DNA of 64,000 nucleotides from Candidatus Latescibacterota bacterium (GTDB lineage: Bacteria; Latescibacterota; UBA2968; UBA8231). Where the stretch lies: positions 640,001 to 704,000 of the forward strand of contig CBDCDC010000002.1 of assembly GCA_965215195.1 (NCBI GenBank), written 5' to 3'. The notes beneath the pieces were generated by a model. It had not been told where the DNA came from and did no database searches. It was given only the letters and a program-made list of their open reading frames with translations. The number at the start of each line of letters is the position of its first letter. Position 1 is the stretch's first letter. The position numbers and the translations under genes are program-made. Below are positions 9,901 through 18,260 of this stretch, piece by piece.

Positions 9901-11398
9901 TAACTACTACAATGGCGTTGGCGATCGGACGGTCCGGCACTTGGCTTTTGCGTGGAAACGAGCGCACCTTGACCCGCAAAGAGCGCAATTTGTCTTTGAG
10001 TACTGGACCAAAGTCTTCGAGGTCGGCAAACAGGGCTTCGTCGTTTACGGCCCGCGCCAGCATGGCGTTGAGCAGGCTGCTCTGGCGGGACAGATTGTCG
10101 ATATTCATCCGCTCGGGTGTATCAAACGGGGTATCGACGATATAGCGGGCGTCGTTGACGGTCACAAACGACAGCGAGATGATCCCAGCAGTCAGCGCCT
10201 GCTCCCCACTGACCGAGACTCCACCCGGTACGAAGGTGGACCAGTCCATGCCGCGAATTGGGCTGATCCCATTGGCCAGCGGCCGCTCCTGCTCCAAGCC
10301 CAACCGAGCGGCCTCCTCCGCGGCATAGGCCGTAAAACGCCGCCCAAAGGGCACGAAGAACCGCTTGAGGTCGTAGCTAAAGGTATTGTTCCAGATCCCC
10401 AGCCCAGCCGACTGACTCGTCAAATCAATGCAGATGAAGAGCTTGGGCTTGAGCGGCTCTTCCATCCGCTCGGCGTAGTAGGGATGGAGGCGGGCGTGGC
10501 GCTCGAGGAAGTGGACAATCCCCTGCTGAGCTTGGAAATGCGCACCCGTGGCCACCAGCACGACCGGCCGCCGCGGGGGATGGCGCACCAGATGCTCGGC
10601 CAGTGCCAGCAGCGCAGCGATGCCGCTGGTCGCTTCGGCCGCCGGCGCCAAGGCCGGCACCACGGACATGCCGTCGTAGTAGCTTTCGATGACAATGGTC
10701 TCGTCGGCCAGCGCCGGATCCGTGCCGGGGAGCCGGCCCCAGATATTCCAAGCCGTCTCGCGCTGCCAGTCCATCCGCCCCTTGAGCACGACTGGAGTTG
10801 GATGCTGGAGCAATCGCTCTTTGAGTTGCAATCCGGCCGCTCGTTCAATCCAAAAGCGCGGGATGTCCAGCGGTGCGGTGGAGTACTTGGCCGCCGCTTG
10901 ATTGCGCGTAGTCTCCTCCGGCTCGATAAAGACGATGGCGCGTGCGCCCAGCGAGGCGGCCTGCAACCAGCGGCTCCAGCTATTGAACTCCATCAGCACC
11001 ACCCGGCCGTCGAGTTCGCGGCCGGCGTAATCGGTCCACTCGCCGTCCCCGCCGTAGATCATCTCTCCCTTGTATTCGGGCAGGGTCGGGGTGCGGACCA
11101 AGTTGGGCCACAGGCCGTAGAGGGCGTAGCGCTCTCCGCTCTCTGGGAGGAGCAACTCGCCGCCTTGGTCGATGGGCACGGTGACTTCAAAGGATTCGCG
11201 GGTCAGCTCGGGCAAGCCGATCTCGCGCAGGCGTTGCTCCACGTAATCTGCGGCCGCAGCCGCCCCGGGATAGCCGCTCACCCTAGAGCCGAGCGACGAC
11301 AGATAAGCGACGGTTTCGCGCACCCCGTCCTCGCGCGCCCAACCGCCGTCTGCGGCTAGCGCGAGAGCGCATAAGATGTAGTACGCCGAGTGCTTCAT
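6995..11398 (-). CDS. Large fusion: signal peptide + PA/M28 peptidase-like domain + FtsX/MacB-like permease
   Basis: Start ATG 11398 overlaps upstream TGA (ATGA); GSRVSGYPGAAAAADYV, PA-like GARAIVFIE, M28-like VIESYYD; FtsX motifs NMRRRKLRTGLTLL and VYERFREIGIYSSVG. Confidence 0.8.
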   Translation of the reverse strand: MKHSAYYILCALALAADGGWAREDGVRETVAYLSSLGSRVSGYPGAAAAADYVEQRLREIGLPELTRESFEVTVPIDQGGELLLPESGERYALYGLWPNLVRTPTLPEYKGEMIYGGDGEWTDYAGRELDGRVVLMEFNSWSRWLQAASLGARAIVFIEPEETTRNQAAAKYSTAPLDIPRFWIERAAGLQLKERLLQHPTPVVLKGRMDWQRETAWNIWGRLPGTDPALADETIVIESYYDGMSVVPALAPAAEATSGIAALLALAEHLVRHPPRRPVVLVATGAHFQAQQGIVHFLERHARLHPYYAERMEEPLKPKLFICIDLTSQSAGLGIWNNTFSYDLKRFFVPFGRRFTAYAAEEAARLGLEQERPLANGISPIRGMDWSTFVPGGVSVSGEQALTAGIISLSFVTVNDARYIVDTPFDTPERMNIDNLSRQSSLLNAMLARAVNDEALFADLEDFGPVLKDKLRSLRVKVRSFPRKSQVPDRPIANAIVVVNPWFKSHKGLRGAQYHLTDGQGVADIAGLRTGAYPVAAYQVDPATGEIAFAPDLSERAQKFSGGVVNGWMIDSKIRWNTNEKIIVVFRSISRPFYSMIDPRYLRSFKGIKIVDRSGVAPQQFGLARGFDEGEAVGVVFGPQDADEDDGIKMLVDNRLLLLNSEGYEDEKQARGRGYVLREESLVRTGMLAVEDMWQLNEARLRTLREHAIENQRLARLHQRGKGLIEEARQAEEARDWERYVGYVRAALGVTSRAYPEVLQTLNDVISGMVFFLALVIPTAFLGERLLFAAADIRWQLAGFGGLLLLIWIAISQVHPAFAIAHPLVILLAFAIMAMAAFVMAMISSRFNSYMKAYQAREAHVHETDINRASASYAAFMLGISNMRRRKLRTGLTLLTLVLLTFTVLSFTSFNTQIRYMAFAMDHEGTYEGVLIRDRNWNVLNRPTLDYARSHFATEGVVVPRNWYVAFDDEQKKYIEVSGDTSMVRATGMLGLMPEEVRVTGIDQALVAGSFFTREDEATCLMAAGMAEALGIGLAELGTATVRVFGRDLVVRGVFDPDLFEATRDLDDESLTPADFQMSSAQALGPVAEDKMSIAVDESALDIRPFIHLESDNVLVLPYGTLREAGGMLRSVAVRMEDGAHTQEMVEDFLLRLAITLFVGLQEPGESAVKVFSYTSIGSPDVEGLGDLVIPMFIAALIVLNAMMGAVYERFREIGIYSSVGLAPLHIALLFVAEACVYAIIGVTLGYILGQSLGKALLALDLLRGISLNYSSMAAISSALLVMAVVLLSTIYPARVAARTAVPDTIRRWTPPDPDGDRWEMEFPFMVGEGEVRGLCGFLAGYFGAYSEESIGDFYAEKVQLVAEDGERGPEYAVQLLLWLAPFDMGVSQFMQLEFLPTEVKSVYTVEIYIQRISGQDTFWQRVNHRFINGLRKEFLLWHTLAEESKAHHRGVAEQMLATATQAEQAE

Positions 11399-13557
11399 AC
11401 CCAAAAAATGGAGTTCCCCACTTTTCCCGTGAAGTAATCTACGACCAGCCACAGTCCATTACACGAAACCTGCCCGCAGATCAGCCCGAGAAAGAACATC
11501 TGACTGCGGCGGTACAAGGCCACCCCGCCAAAGCGCATGATCATCTTCTTGATACACCAAGCCAAGAACACGCTAAACCACACGTGGTTGAGCATGCCGT
11601 TGGCGCCAATGGGAAAGCCGATGGGATGCACCGGCCACCAAGGCAGGCGCTGCCGCGCCCCCATCATCGCCACCATCACCAGCCCACCGCCGGCCAAAAA
11701 CCCCAGCCCCGGCCAGTACGCGCCCGCCGGCTCCATATTGCGGAGCGCGTTGTTGTACGCGGTTTCGGGCGCGCCTTTGAAAAACCAACCGTTGAGGTTT
11801 ACGCCGCCGTGCTGGTAGGCCATGTGAAAAATCATCCAAAACGAACCGAGGGCCCCGATGAACAGCGCGAGAATAATAGCCCAAAACACCAGCCGCCGCA
11901 GCCGCGGCTCCATCTCCTCGATCAGCTTGAGGGCATTGGTGCAGGTCGCCATGACGAACACCCGTATATCCGCGCCCCACATGTAGGCCAACGACAAGTT
12001 CCACACCCCAGTCCGGCTCACCAGATCGGTCCCCAAGCCCAAAATTACCAAATCGGGGGCCGTCATCGGGGCGCGCACGGCCGCTAGGCCGGCTTCGGCC
12101 ACGATCCGCGTTATCCCCAGAAAGACGAGCAAGGCCAAGACGACAAAAACAAACGCCACCCACAGCGGCGTCCCCATGATCCACAGCCACCACGACATGA
12201 CCAAGACCCCGCCCACAGCACCGAAAAATGACCAGCGATAGGACATGATCTCATCCCCATCCTCCACCTCTGGGGCCCAGCCGAGGGCCTTTTTACACAC
12301 ATTGCACAAGTGTTCCCTCCCCACCCACAAACCAACCCCGACCATGGCCAGCAAGGCACCAACCCCTTGATAGGCCATCAGGGAAACGTCGGCTACGCCG
12401 AAGACGACCTTCTGCTCGGACGTCACGCCGGCGAGCGCGAAGAGCTCCTTTTCAAACTTGGCTAAGATGTGAAAAAACCAGATACCGGCGGCGATATTGG
12501 CATTGATGAAGTACGAAAAGCCGATCATGGCGAAGCTGACGACCAAGCTCAAGCTCTGCTTTTCTACTAAGGGTAAGGGCATCGCCCAAGAGAGGGAGAA
12601 AATCGGAAAGGCCGCGTCGTAGCGATGCAGGGCTTGCAGACTGCCGAAAAAGAGCGGCAGACTAAAACCGGCCCACATGGCTGGCTGGCGAAAAAAGGTA
12701 TTGATTGTAAGCCCGCGTTCCTCTCCGCGCACCATGGCCAACCCTACCTGCGTGAGCGGATAGGGCAATCGCTCGCGCTCCATCCACTGCCGGCGGACGA
12801 TGACCGCGACCGACACCATAGTCACGTATAGTGCTAAAAGAAAGACCGCCCACCAGCACAAAGGCTCGACCCACGCCGCGTAGGGAATCGCCTCCCCGGG
12901 GGCCAGCCCTTCGTAAAAGGCCTTGCTGTCGCGCCCATCGTCGACCAGTACCGGGCGCGCGGAAAAATGGGGAAAGAGCACTTCCCGCCACTTGTTTTCC
13001 GGCGAGGCAAAGTAAAACACCGCCGTGATCATCGGCAGAATTTGCTCGCTCAGGCCCATGGTGCAAAGCGCTGAGACGATCAACAGCATGACGTAAACGA
13101 GAATCAGCTCGGCCCGGTTGAGGACCAAACTCCGCCCGGAAAAAACCAATACCATGTTGAGCAGGGACGAGGCGAGGAGGAAGGTGGCAAAGAAAAAACC
13201 TAGGGCAAACGGGTTGAGGGGCGCCGCCCAGCCATAGTAGAAGCCGTAGAGTGCGCACGATACTGCGGCCCAAACTACCGCACCCAGCGGGCTAGCAGCG
13301 ACCTTGAACAGCACATTGAGCAGCCCGATGAGCACTAAAAACAAAAAAATGGCCCCCGGCGTACTGAAGTCCAAGGCCATGTAGGAGCCGCGTATGATCA
13401 TGTTGCCGTACGGAGCGCCGACCGCTAGGAAAAAGCTGAGGAATGACCCCACCCAAAATGCACGCATGGTTAGCCGCTGGGTCCCGGGCGGTGCCAGAAG
13501 GGCTTGGCCGCGCCCGGCGAGGTGGTTCAGGTAGTGGATCGGCAAGCGTCTTAGCAA
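11395..13557 (-). CDS. DUF6785/DUF6784-type polytopic membrane protein
   Basis: RRQWMERERLPYPL and WWPVHPIGF motifs, many TM helices. Start uncertain: TTG 13557 after AGGGAG, or ATG 13467; the ORF-track start 13815 overlaps the divergent gene. Confidence 0.7.
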   Translation of the reverse strand: MLRRLPIHYLNHLAGRGQALLAPPGTQRLTMRAFWVGSFLSFFLAVGAPYGNMIIRGSYMALDFSTPGAIFLFLVLIGLLNVLFKVAASPLGAVVWAAVSCALYGFYYGWAAPLNPFALGFFFATFLLASSLLNMVLVFSGRSLVLNRAELILVYVMLLIVSALCTMGLSEQILPMITAVFYFASPENKWREVLFPHFSARPVLVDDGRDSKAFYEGLAPGEAIPYAAWVEPLCWWAVFLLALYVTMVSVAVIVRRQWMERERLPYPLTQVGLAMVRGEERGLTINTFFRQPAMWAGFSLPLFFGSLQALHRYDAAFPIFSLSWAMPLPLVEKQSLSLVVSFAMIGFSYFINANIAAGIWFFHILAKFEKELFALAGVTSEQKVVFGVADVSLMAYQGVGALLAMVGVGLWVGREHLCNVCKKALGWAPEVEDGDEIMSYRWSFFGAVGGVLVMSWWLWIMGTPLWVAFVFVVLALLVFLGITRIVAEAGLAAVRAPMTAPDLVILGLGTDLVSRTGVWNLSLAYMWGADIRVFVMATCTNALKLIEEMEPRLRRLVFWAIILALFIGALGSFWMIFHMAYQHGGVNLNGWFFKGAPETAYNNALRNMEPAGAYWPGLGFLAGGGLVMVAMMGARQRLPWWPVHPIGFPIGANGMLNHVWFSVFLAWCIKKMIMRFGGVALYRRSQMFFLGLICGQVSCNGLWLVVDYFTGKVGNSIFWV

Positions 13558-13596
13558 GTGGAGCTCCCTGCTGTATCGCAATGGCGTATTGTGGTG

Positions 13597-13606
13597 TATT
13601 ATAATA
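13597..13606. promoter_or_regulatory. Palindromic TATTATAATA giving TATAAT on both strands between divergent genes
   Basis: Perfect 10-bp palindrome in the short intergenic region; no convincing -35 at canonical spacing. Confidence 0.35.
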
Positions 13607-13672
13607 AGCCGCCTAACCGATTGGGACAACGCGAGTTGACGGCATCGGTATTTGGGAGTTTTTTCCCTAGAT

Positions 13673-14800
13673 ATGGAACTCGACTTCCTCCAGCTCGCCA
13701 AGCCCCTCATCCGCGCCCCCACAGCCCCTTTCCACGAGCATTTTGCCTTTGGCATCGCGCACGCATTCGCAGCCGAGCGGCCTCTAATCCAAGTGCTCGG
13801 CGACCGCGGTGGCAACAGCTTGCTGCTCTACGACGGCCGAGGCCAACAGGAGGAGGACGAATTTCTCGTCTTGACTGCCCATCTCGACCACCCCGGCTTA
13901 GTGTGGAGAACATCGCTGGGGCCAGGCCGAGCGCTGTTCGAAATCCTCGGCGGCGTCGAACTGGAGCAGGCTCTAGCGACGGGCGTGCGCCTATTCGACC
14001 TGAATCGCCCGGCTACCCAGCGCGGCAGCCCCGGGACCATCGTCCGCACGGTGGAAGAGGAAGGAGCGCACTATCCCCTAGTTGAAGTGGTCGCAGCACC
14101 CGATAGCCTCCAAGGCCCGGGGACCTTTGCGATGTGGGATTTGCCGGCCTTTAGGGTGCGGGGGCGGCGCTTGAGCGGGCGGGCGATCGACGATTTGGCC
14201 GGCGCGGCCGTGGCTTTGTGCGTCTTGGATTCCCTAGTCCGCCAGCGAGCCTCGGCCCGCGTCGGCGTCTTGCTCACGCGTGCGGAAGAGGTGGGTTTCG
14301 TGGGTATGCTCGCCGCGCTAGAGGCCAAGTTCTTGCCGCGCCGCGCACTCTACATCAACATCGAGTGCTCTAGCGTGGCGGCTGGAGCGGTGCTGGGCGC
14401 GGGGCCGATCTTGCGGGTGGGCGATCGGCTCTGGGTTTTCGACCCGGACATCAGCAGCGGATTGGCGGCACTGGCCGACGAATTGACCGCCCAACAGCCC
14501 TCTTTCCACTACCAACGCAAGCTGATGGACAGCGGTGCTTGCGAAGCCACTCCCCTCATGCAGGCCGATTACCGCACGGGCGCGGTGGCGCTGCCCCTTG
14601 GCAACTATCACAACTCGGGGCCGGGTGCGCAATTGGCCCCAGAATACATCAGCCTCGACGATGCCTGCGGGCTGGTGCGCCTCCTCGTCCACGTGGCCGA
14701 GCGTGGCCTTGGCACCGGGCTGGCGCATTCGGCCGCTGCGCTCGACTCGATGCTCGCCGACCGACTGGCGCAATACCGCGACCGCCTACTCCCCCTGTAG
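13673..14800 (+). CDS. M20/M42/M28 family metallopeptidase
   Basis: Metal ligand motifs TAHLDH, RAIDDLAG, RAEEVG, NIEC and NYHN; no signal peptide; ATG 13673. Confidence 0.85.
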   Translation: MELDFLQLAKPLIRAPTAPFHEHFAFGIAHAFAAERPLIQVLGDRGGNSLLLYDGRGQQEEDEFLVLTAHLDHPGLVWRTSLGPGRALFEILGGVELEQALATGVRLFDLNRPATQRGSPGTIVRTVEEEGAHYPLVEVVAAPDSLQGPGTFAMWDLPAFRVRGRRLSGRAIDDLAGAAVALCVLDSLVRQRASARVGVLLTRAEEVGFVGMLAALEAKFLPRRALYINIECSSVAAGAVLGAGPILRVGDRLWVFDPDISSGLAALADELTAQQPSFHYQRKLMDSGACEATPLMQADYRTGAVALPLGNYHNSGPGAQLAPEYISLDDACGLVRLLVHVAERGLGTGLAHSAAALDSMLADRLAQYRDRLLPL

Positions 14801-15079
14801 CAGCAGGCACTCCACCGCCGCCTTCCTACTGAGAAGCAAGTCGCCAGAGCAGGATCGTGCCATCGCCAGACCCATTAGGCTTGTAACTTGAACACCAAGC
14901 AGCCAGCGTATTTCTCGGCGCAAGTCGCGTATGGCTTGTGCGGTCTGTTCGGCAATGCCTTCTAACCGTCCTAGGCGGCGGTCGTTACTTCTTGACGAAA
15001 CGGGCTACCTCGCCGGGCCTTTTTGGTTGCTGGTCTCTCCAACAAACTCAATTAACGCTCTCGTATAATTGCGAAATAG

Positions 15080-15856
15080 CTAGACGATGGTCCATCCTCC
15101 ATCCACCACCAGCGTGTGGCCGGTTATCATGGCCGCGGCATCCGACGCCAAAAAGATCACCGGGGCCGACATTTCCTCTGGCTCGGCCAAGGCACCGCGC
15201 AGCAAATTTTTGCTCTTCACCGCATCGGCAAAGGCTTGGCTTTCGCGCATCGCGGTTTCGGCCAGCGGCGAGCGGGTCACGGTTGGGGCAACCGCGTTGA
15301 CCCGTATCTGGTACTCGGCCCATTCCGCGGCCATGGTCCGCGTCAGGTTGTTGACCCCGCCCTTGGCACCCGAATAAGGACCGCGCTCCGGCGCACCGAC
15401 CACGCCTGCTTGGGACGAGATATTGACGATATTGCCCCCCTCCCCCTGGGCGATCATTTGCCGCGCGGCAATCTGGCTACAGAAAAACACATTCTTCAGG
15501 TTGGCATCGACGATCAAGTCGTAGAGCGCTTCGTCGTAGTCGAGGATTTTGCCGACCTTGTTGTAGCCGGCGTTGTTGACCAGCACGTCAATCCGCCCCA
15601 AGTGCGCTACGACCGCAGCCATAAAACGCTCGATAGAGCGTACGTCTGTTACGTCGAGTCGGTGGTAGAAGCACGTCCCGCCCGCAGCCTCGATCTCCGC
15701 GGCCAGCGTTTGCAACTCGGCCGTGGTGCGGCTGCCAACGGCCACGCACGCACCTGACTGAACACATTCTAAAGCAATCGTCCGGCCAATCCCCCGGCCA
15801 GCCCCGGTGACAATGACGACCTTTCCTTCTAGACCAAAACGCGCTAGCGGTGGCAT
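15080..15856 (-). CDS. SDR family oxidoreductase
   Basis: TGAGRGIG, NNAG, catalytic YSGAK; ATG 15856 after GAGGAG. Confidence 0.92.
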   Translation of the reverse strand: MPPLARFGLEGKVVIVTGAGRGIGRTIALECVQSGACVAVGSRTTAELQTLAAEIEAAGGTCFYHRLDVTDVRSIERFMAAVVAHLGRIDVLVNNAGYNKVGKILDYDEALYDLIVDANLKNVFFCSQIAARQMIAQGEGGNIVNISSQAGVVGAPERGPYSGAKGGVNNLTRTMAAEWAEYQIRVNAVAPTVTRSPLAETAMRESQAFADAVKSKNLLRGALAEPEEMSAPVIFLASDAAAMITGHTLVVDGGWTIV

Positions 15857-15867
15857 TTTTCCCCTCC

Positions 15868-17049
15868 TCAATAATCGGCGTCGGCGGCCCGTTGCAGCGC
15901 ACCAGCCGGAAAGACCGACACTTTCGCGCCAGCCCGGTGGTGTTTTTCCAATTCGCTCAATACGGCCTCCCAAGTTTTGCAGAAAATAACCCCCGCGCCA
16001 AAGAGCGAGGCCGCATCCCACTTGTTGATCCCTGGCGAAAATAAAAGGGTGCGCCGGGCCGGCTGGCCGGGCTTTCCCCGCAGCGCCGTGCCCGGCCCCA
16101 ACACCGAATGCCAACCCAGCCCCTCCGGGCTAGCCGAGCACATGACGGTCGTCGAGTTTTCCTTGAAGGGGTTTTTCTCGGTTCCGCCCAACGGCGTCAT
16201 GGCCAATCCGGCTTGGCACAGTTCCGTATCCTTGGGAAAGGCGTTGAACACCCCAATGTCAAAGGCGTCGGGCACTTGGGTAGCGTACTGCTCGCGCCCC
16301 AACTCGCAGCCCCGTTCAAAGGCCGCGTCCGTGTCCCCGGCCACCAAGGCCGAGATCTCCAAGCTCTCGTTGAGCAGCGGGTTGACGATATAACGGAGCC
16401 CGGCCATCTTCGCCACCTCGGACAGGTGGGCGCGAAAATTCGCATGCACGTGGCGGTGATTGAGCATGATCGTCTGCTGCCCACAAGCACCGGGGATGAG
16501 CAATTTGGCCCCGCCGCCGAACATCCCCCCGCGCGGCGTGATCATCCCCAAGGCGATGCGGACCTCGCAGGAGGTCATATCGCGGTTGACCCAAATCGGC
16601 ACCCCGCGGCTGGAGTAGCCTAAAAATTCCAAGTTCTCGTACGCATTGTGGTTGAGCACCTGCATGGTGTCGACGATGTCCAACCCGATCTTCTTGACCA
16701 AGTCGTCGCGGGTCATCGGGCGGTGGGCCGCTAAGGCGCAGATGATCTTTACCGCGTCGGCCCCAATCCCGGCCGCGGCTAGCTCCTCGAGGATATATGG
16801 CAAGAGCCGAAAAGCCGGCGTGGGGCGCGACAGGTCGTCCACCAAGATGGCCGCCGAAGACCGGCCGCGGGCGAATTCGCGCAGGGGTGGAGCGCCGATG
16901 GCCTCTTGCAGGGCCCGGCGAATCCCGGCGTCGCCAATGTCCGGCCCGCCCCGCATGTGGTGTACCGCCACTTCCCAGCGGTCGGGAAACTCCATTTTGA
17001 ACGGGGCCTTGCCGTACCAAGCGGCCCAAGGGACGAGAATTTCCTGCAT
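15868..17049 (-). CDS. LarA family (lactate racemase domain, nickel-pincer) protein
   Basis: DDLSRPTP, AAHRPMT, NHNA and GGGAKLLIPG motifs; ATG 17049 after AAGGAG. Confidence 0.8.
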   Translation of the reverse strand: MQEILVPWAAWYGKAPFKMEFPDRWEVAVHHMRGGPDIGDAGIRRALQEAIGAPPLREFARGRSSAAILVDDLSRPTPAFRLLPYILEELAAAGIGADAVKIICALAAHRPMTRDDLVKKIGLDIVDTMQVLNHNAYENLEFLGYSSRGVPIWVNRDMTSCEVRIALGMITPRGGMFGGGAKLLIPGACGQQTIMLNHRHVHANFRAHLSEVAKMAGLRYIVNPLLNESLEISALVAGDTDAAFERGCELGREQYATQVPDAFDIGVFNAFPKDTELCQAGLAMTPLGGTEKNPFKENSTTVMCSASPEGLGWHSVLGPGTALRGKPGQPARRTLLFSPGINKWDAASLFGAGVIFCKTWEAVLSELEKHHRAGAKVSVFPAGALQRAADADY

Positions 17050-17072
17050 GGTTTCTCCTTTGGTGACAGATG

Positions 17073-17285
17073 TTACGCGGTGCCTAACAGGTGCCTGGCC
17101 GCCCGCATGCACATCGCCGATGGTCGCCGCCGACAGGTCTGATTTATACACCAACCCGCTCAAAATCGCAAGATCGGCCAGATTCGTGGTCAACCAACGC
17201 CTCCAATGAGGCTGTCGGTGCGGTGGGTTGCTCGGTGTCGATGACGTCAGGTGGAGGGCGAAGTGATGGCATCAAATTCGGCCAT
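17073..17285 (-). pseudogene. Telescoped relic of an Rpn-like gene paralog
   Basis: About nine collinear 8-28 bp patches match 27747-29585, from the start (ATGGCCGAATTTGAT vs ATGCCCGAATTTGAT) to just past the stop. Confidence 0.75.
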
Positions 17286-17402
17286 AAGCGATGCCTTGGA
17301 GGATTGAGAGGACGGGTCGGTTCCAAACGTCCGTTTGGTGAGGTTGCGCGTTTTTGAGGACGCTGGCAGCCGACATCTCGCTGCAATTGCGTTCTCGTTC
17401 TA

Positions 17403-18167
17403 CTAATAAAGGCCCATGGCCCGCAGGTTGCGCAGGCTCACACCCAAGCTGTCAAACGGGTCGCCCGGGCAGGTGTCTTGCTCGATCAAGTACCACTCAA
17501 TCTGCGCTCTTTTACAGGCCGTGAGAATGGGCTCCCACTCCAAGTTCCCCTCCCCCACTGCGGCAAAGCATTGTTTGGCACCGTCCATGCTCAGGTCCTT
17601 TAGATGGACGATGTGCATGCGGTCGCGCAACTTGTCCAACCACGAGACCGGGTTGCCGCCGCCGTGTTGGATCCAATAGGTATCTATTTCAAAGGAAAAG
17701 ACAGCCGGGTCGCTCTCCTCGCGGAGGATGTCCAGCCCGGTGCGTCCCTCAAATCGCTCCAGCTCGAAGCTGTGGTTGTGGTAGCTAAAGGTCAGGCCCG
17801 CGGCAATGAGCGGACGCACGGCCTCCGAAGCCTCGGCTGCAAAGCGGACAAAGCCCTCGCGGGATCGGTATTCTTGGGGCAAGCCGCCGATGGCCACGTG
17901 GCGGCACCCCCACATCTGGTGCTCCTCGACGACGGCTTGCGGCTCGTCGCAGATGCGCTGGTAGCTAGTGTGCGTGGCCGCGATCTGTACCCCCTCGGCC
18001 TCGCTTATGGCGGCCAGTTCGGCCGGTGGGATCGCTCCTAGGGCCGAGGCTTGCACGGCCTCGTACCCGAGTGCTCGCACCTTGGCAAAGGTCTGGCGAA
18101 TGGCATCCGGGGTTTTGGTATAATCGCGCACCGTAAACAACTGCGCGCCAATTGCTGAAATAGGCAT
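17403..18167 (-). CDS. Sugar phosphate isomerase/epimerase (IolE/XylA-like TIM barrel)
   Basis: QLFTVRD, YHNHSFE, EIDTYW, HLKD, VGEG and IEQD motifs. Confidence 0.88.
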   Translation of the reverse strand: MPISAIGAQLFTVRDYTKTPDAIRQTFAKVRALGYEAVQASALGAIPPAELAAISEAEGVQIAATHTSYQRICDEPQAVVEEHQMWGCRHVAIGGLPQEYRSREGFVRFAAEASEAVRPLIAAGLTFSYHNHSFELERFEGRTGLDILREESDPAVFSFEIDTYWIQHGGGNPVSWLDKLRDRMHIVHLKDLSMDGAKQCFAAVGEGNLEWEPILTACKRAQIEWYLIEQDTCPGDPFDSLGVSLRNLRAMGLY

Positions 18168-18260
18168 GTGGTCTCCTGTGTCTTGTGAACTCCGCGCAAT
18201 ATAGCCGTCGTCCCGCCGAGCGTCAATTCAGCGATAGCTACGCATTAACCCCCAAGCCAG

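Noticed and set aside
9245-11359. 704-aa plus-strand ORF
   Set aside because: Antisense shadow of the M28/FtsX gene; no recognisable motifs; common in high-GC DNA
13558-13815. N-terminal extension of the DUF6785 ORF given in the ORF track
   Set aside because: Overlaps the divergent peptidase and the promoter region; better starts exist downstream
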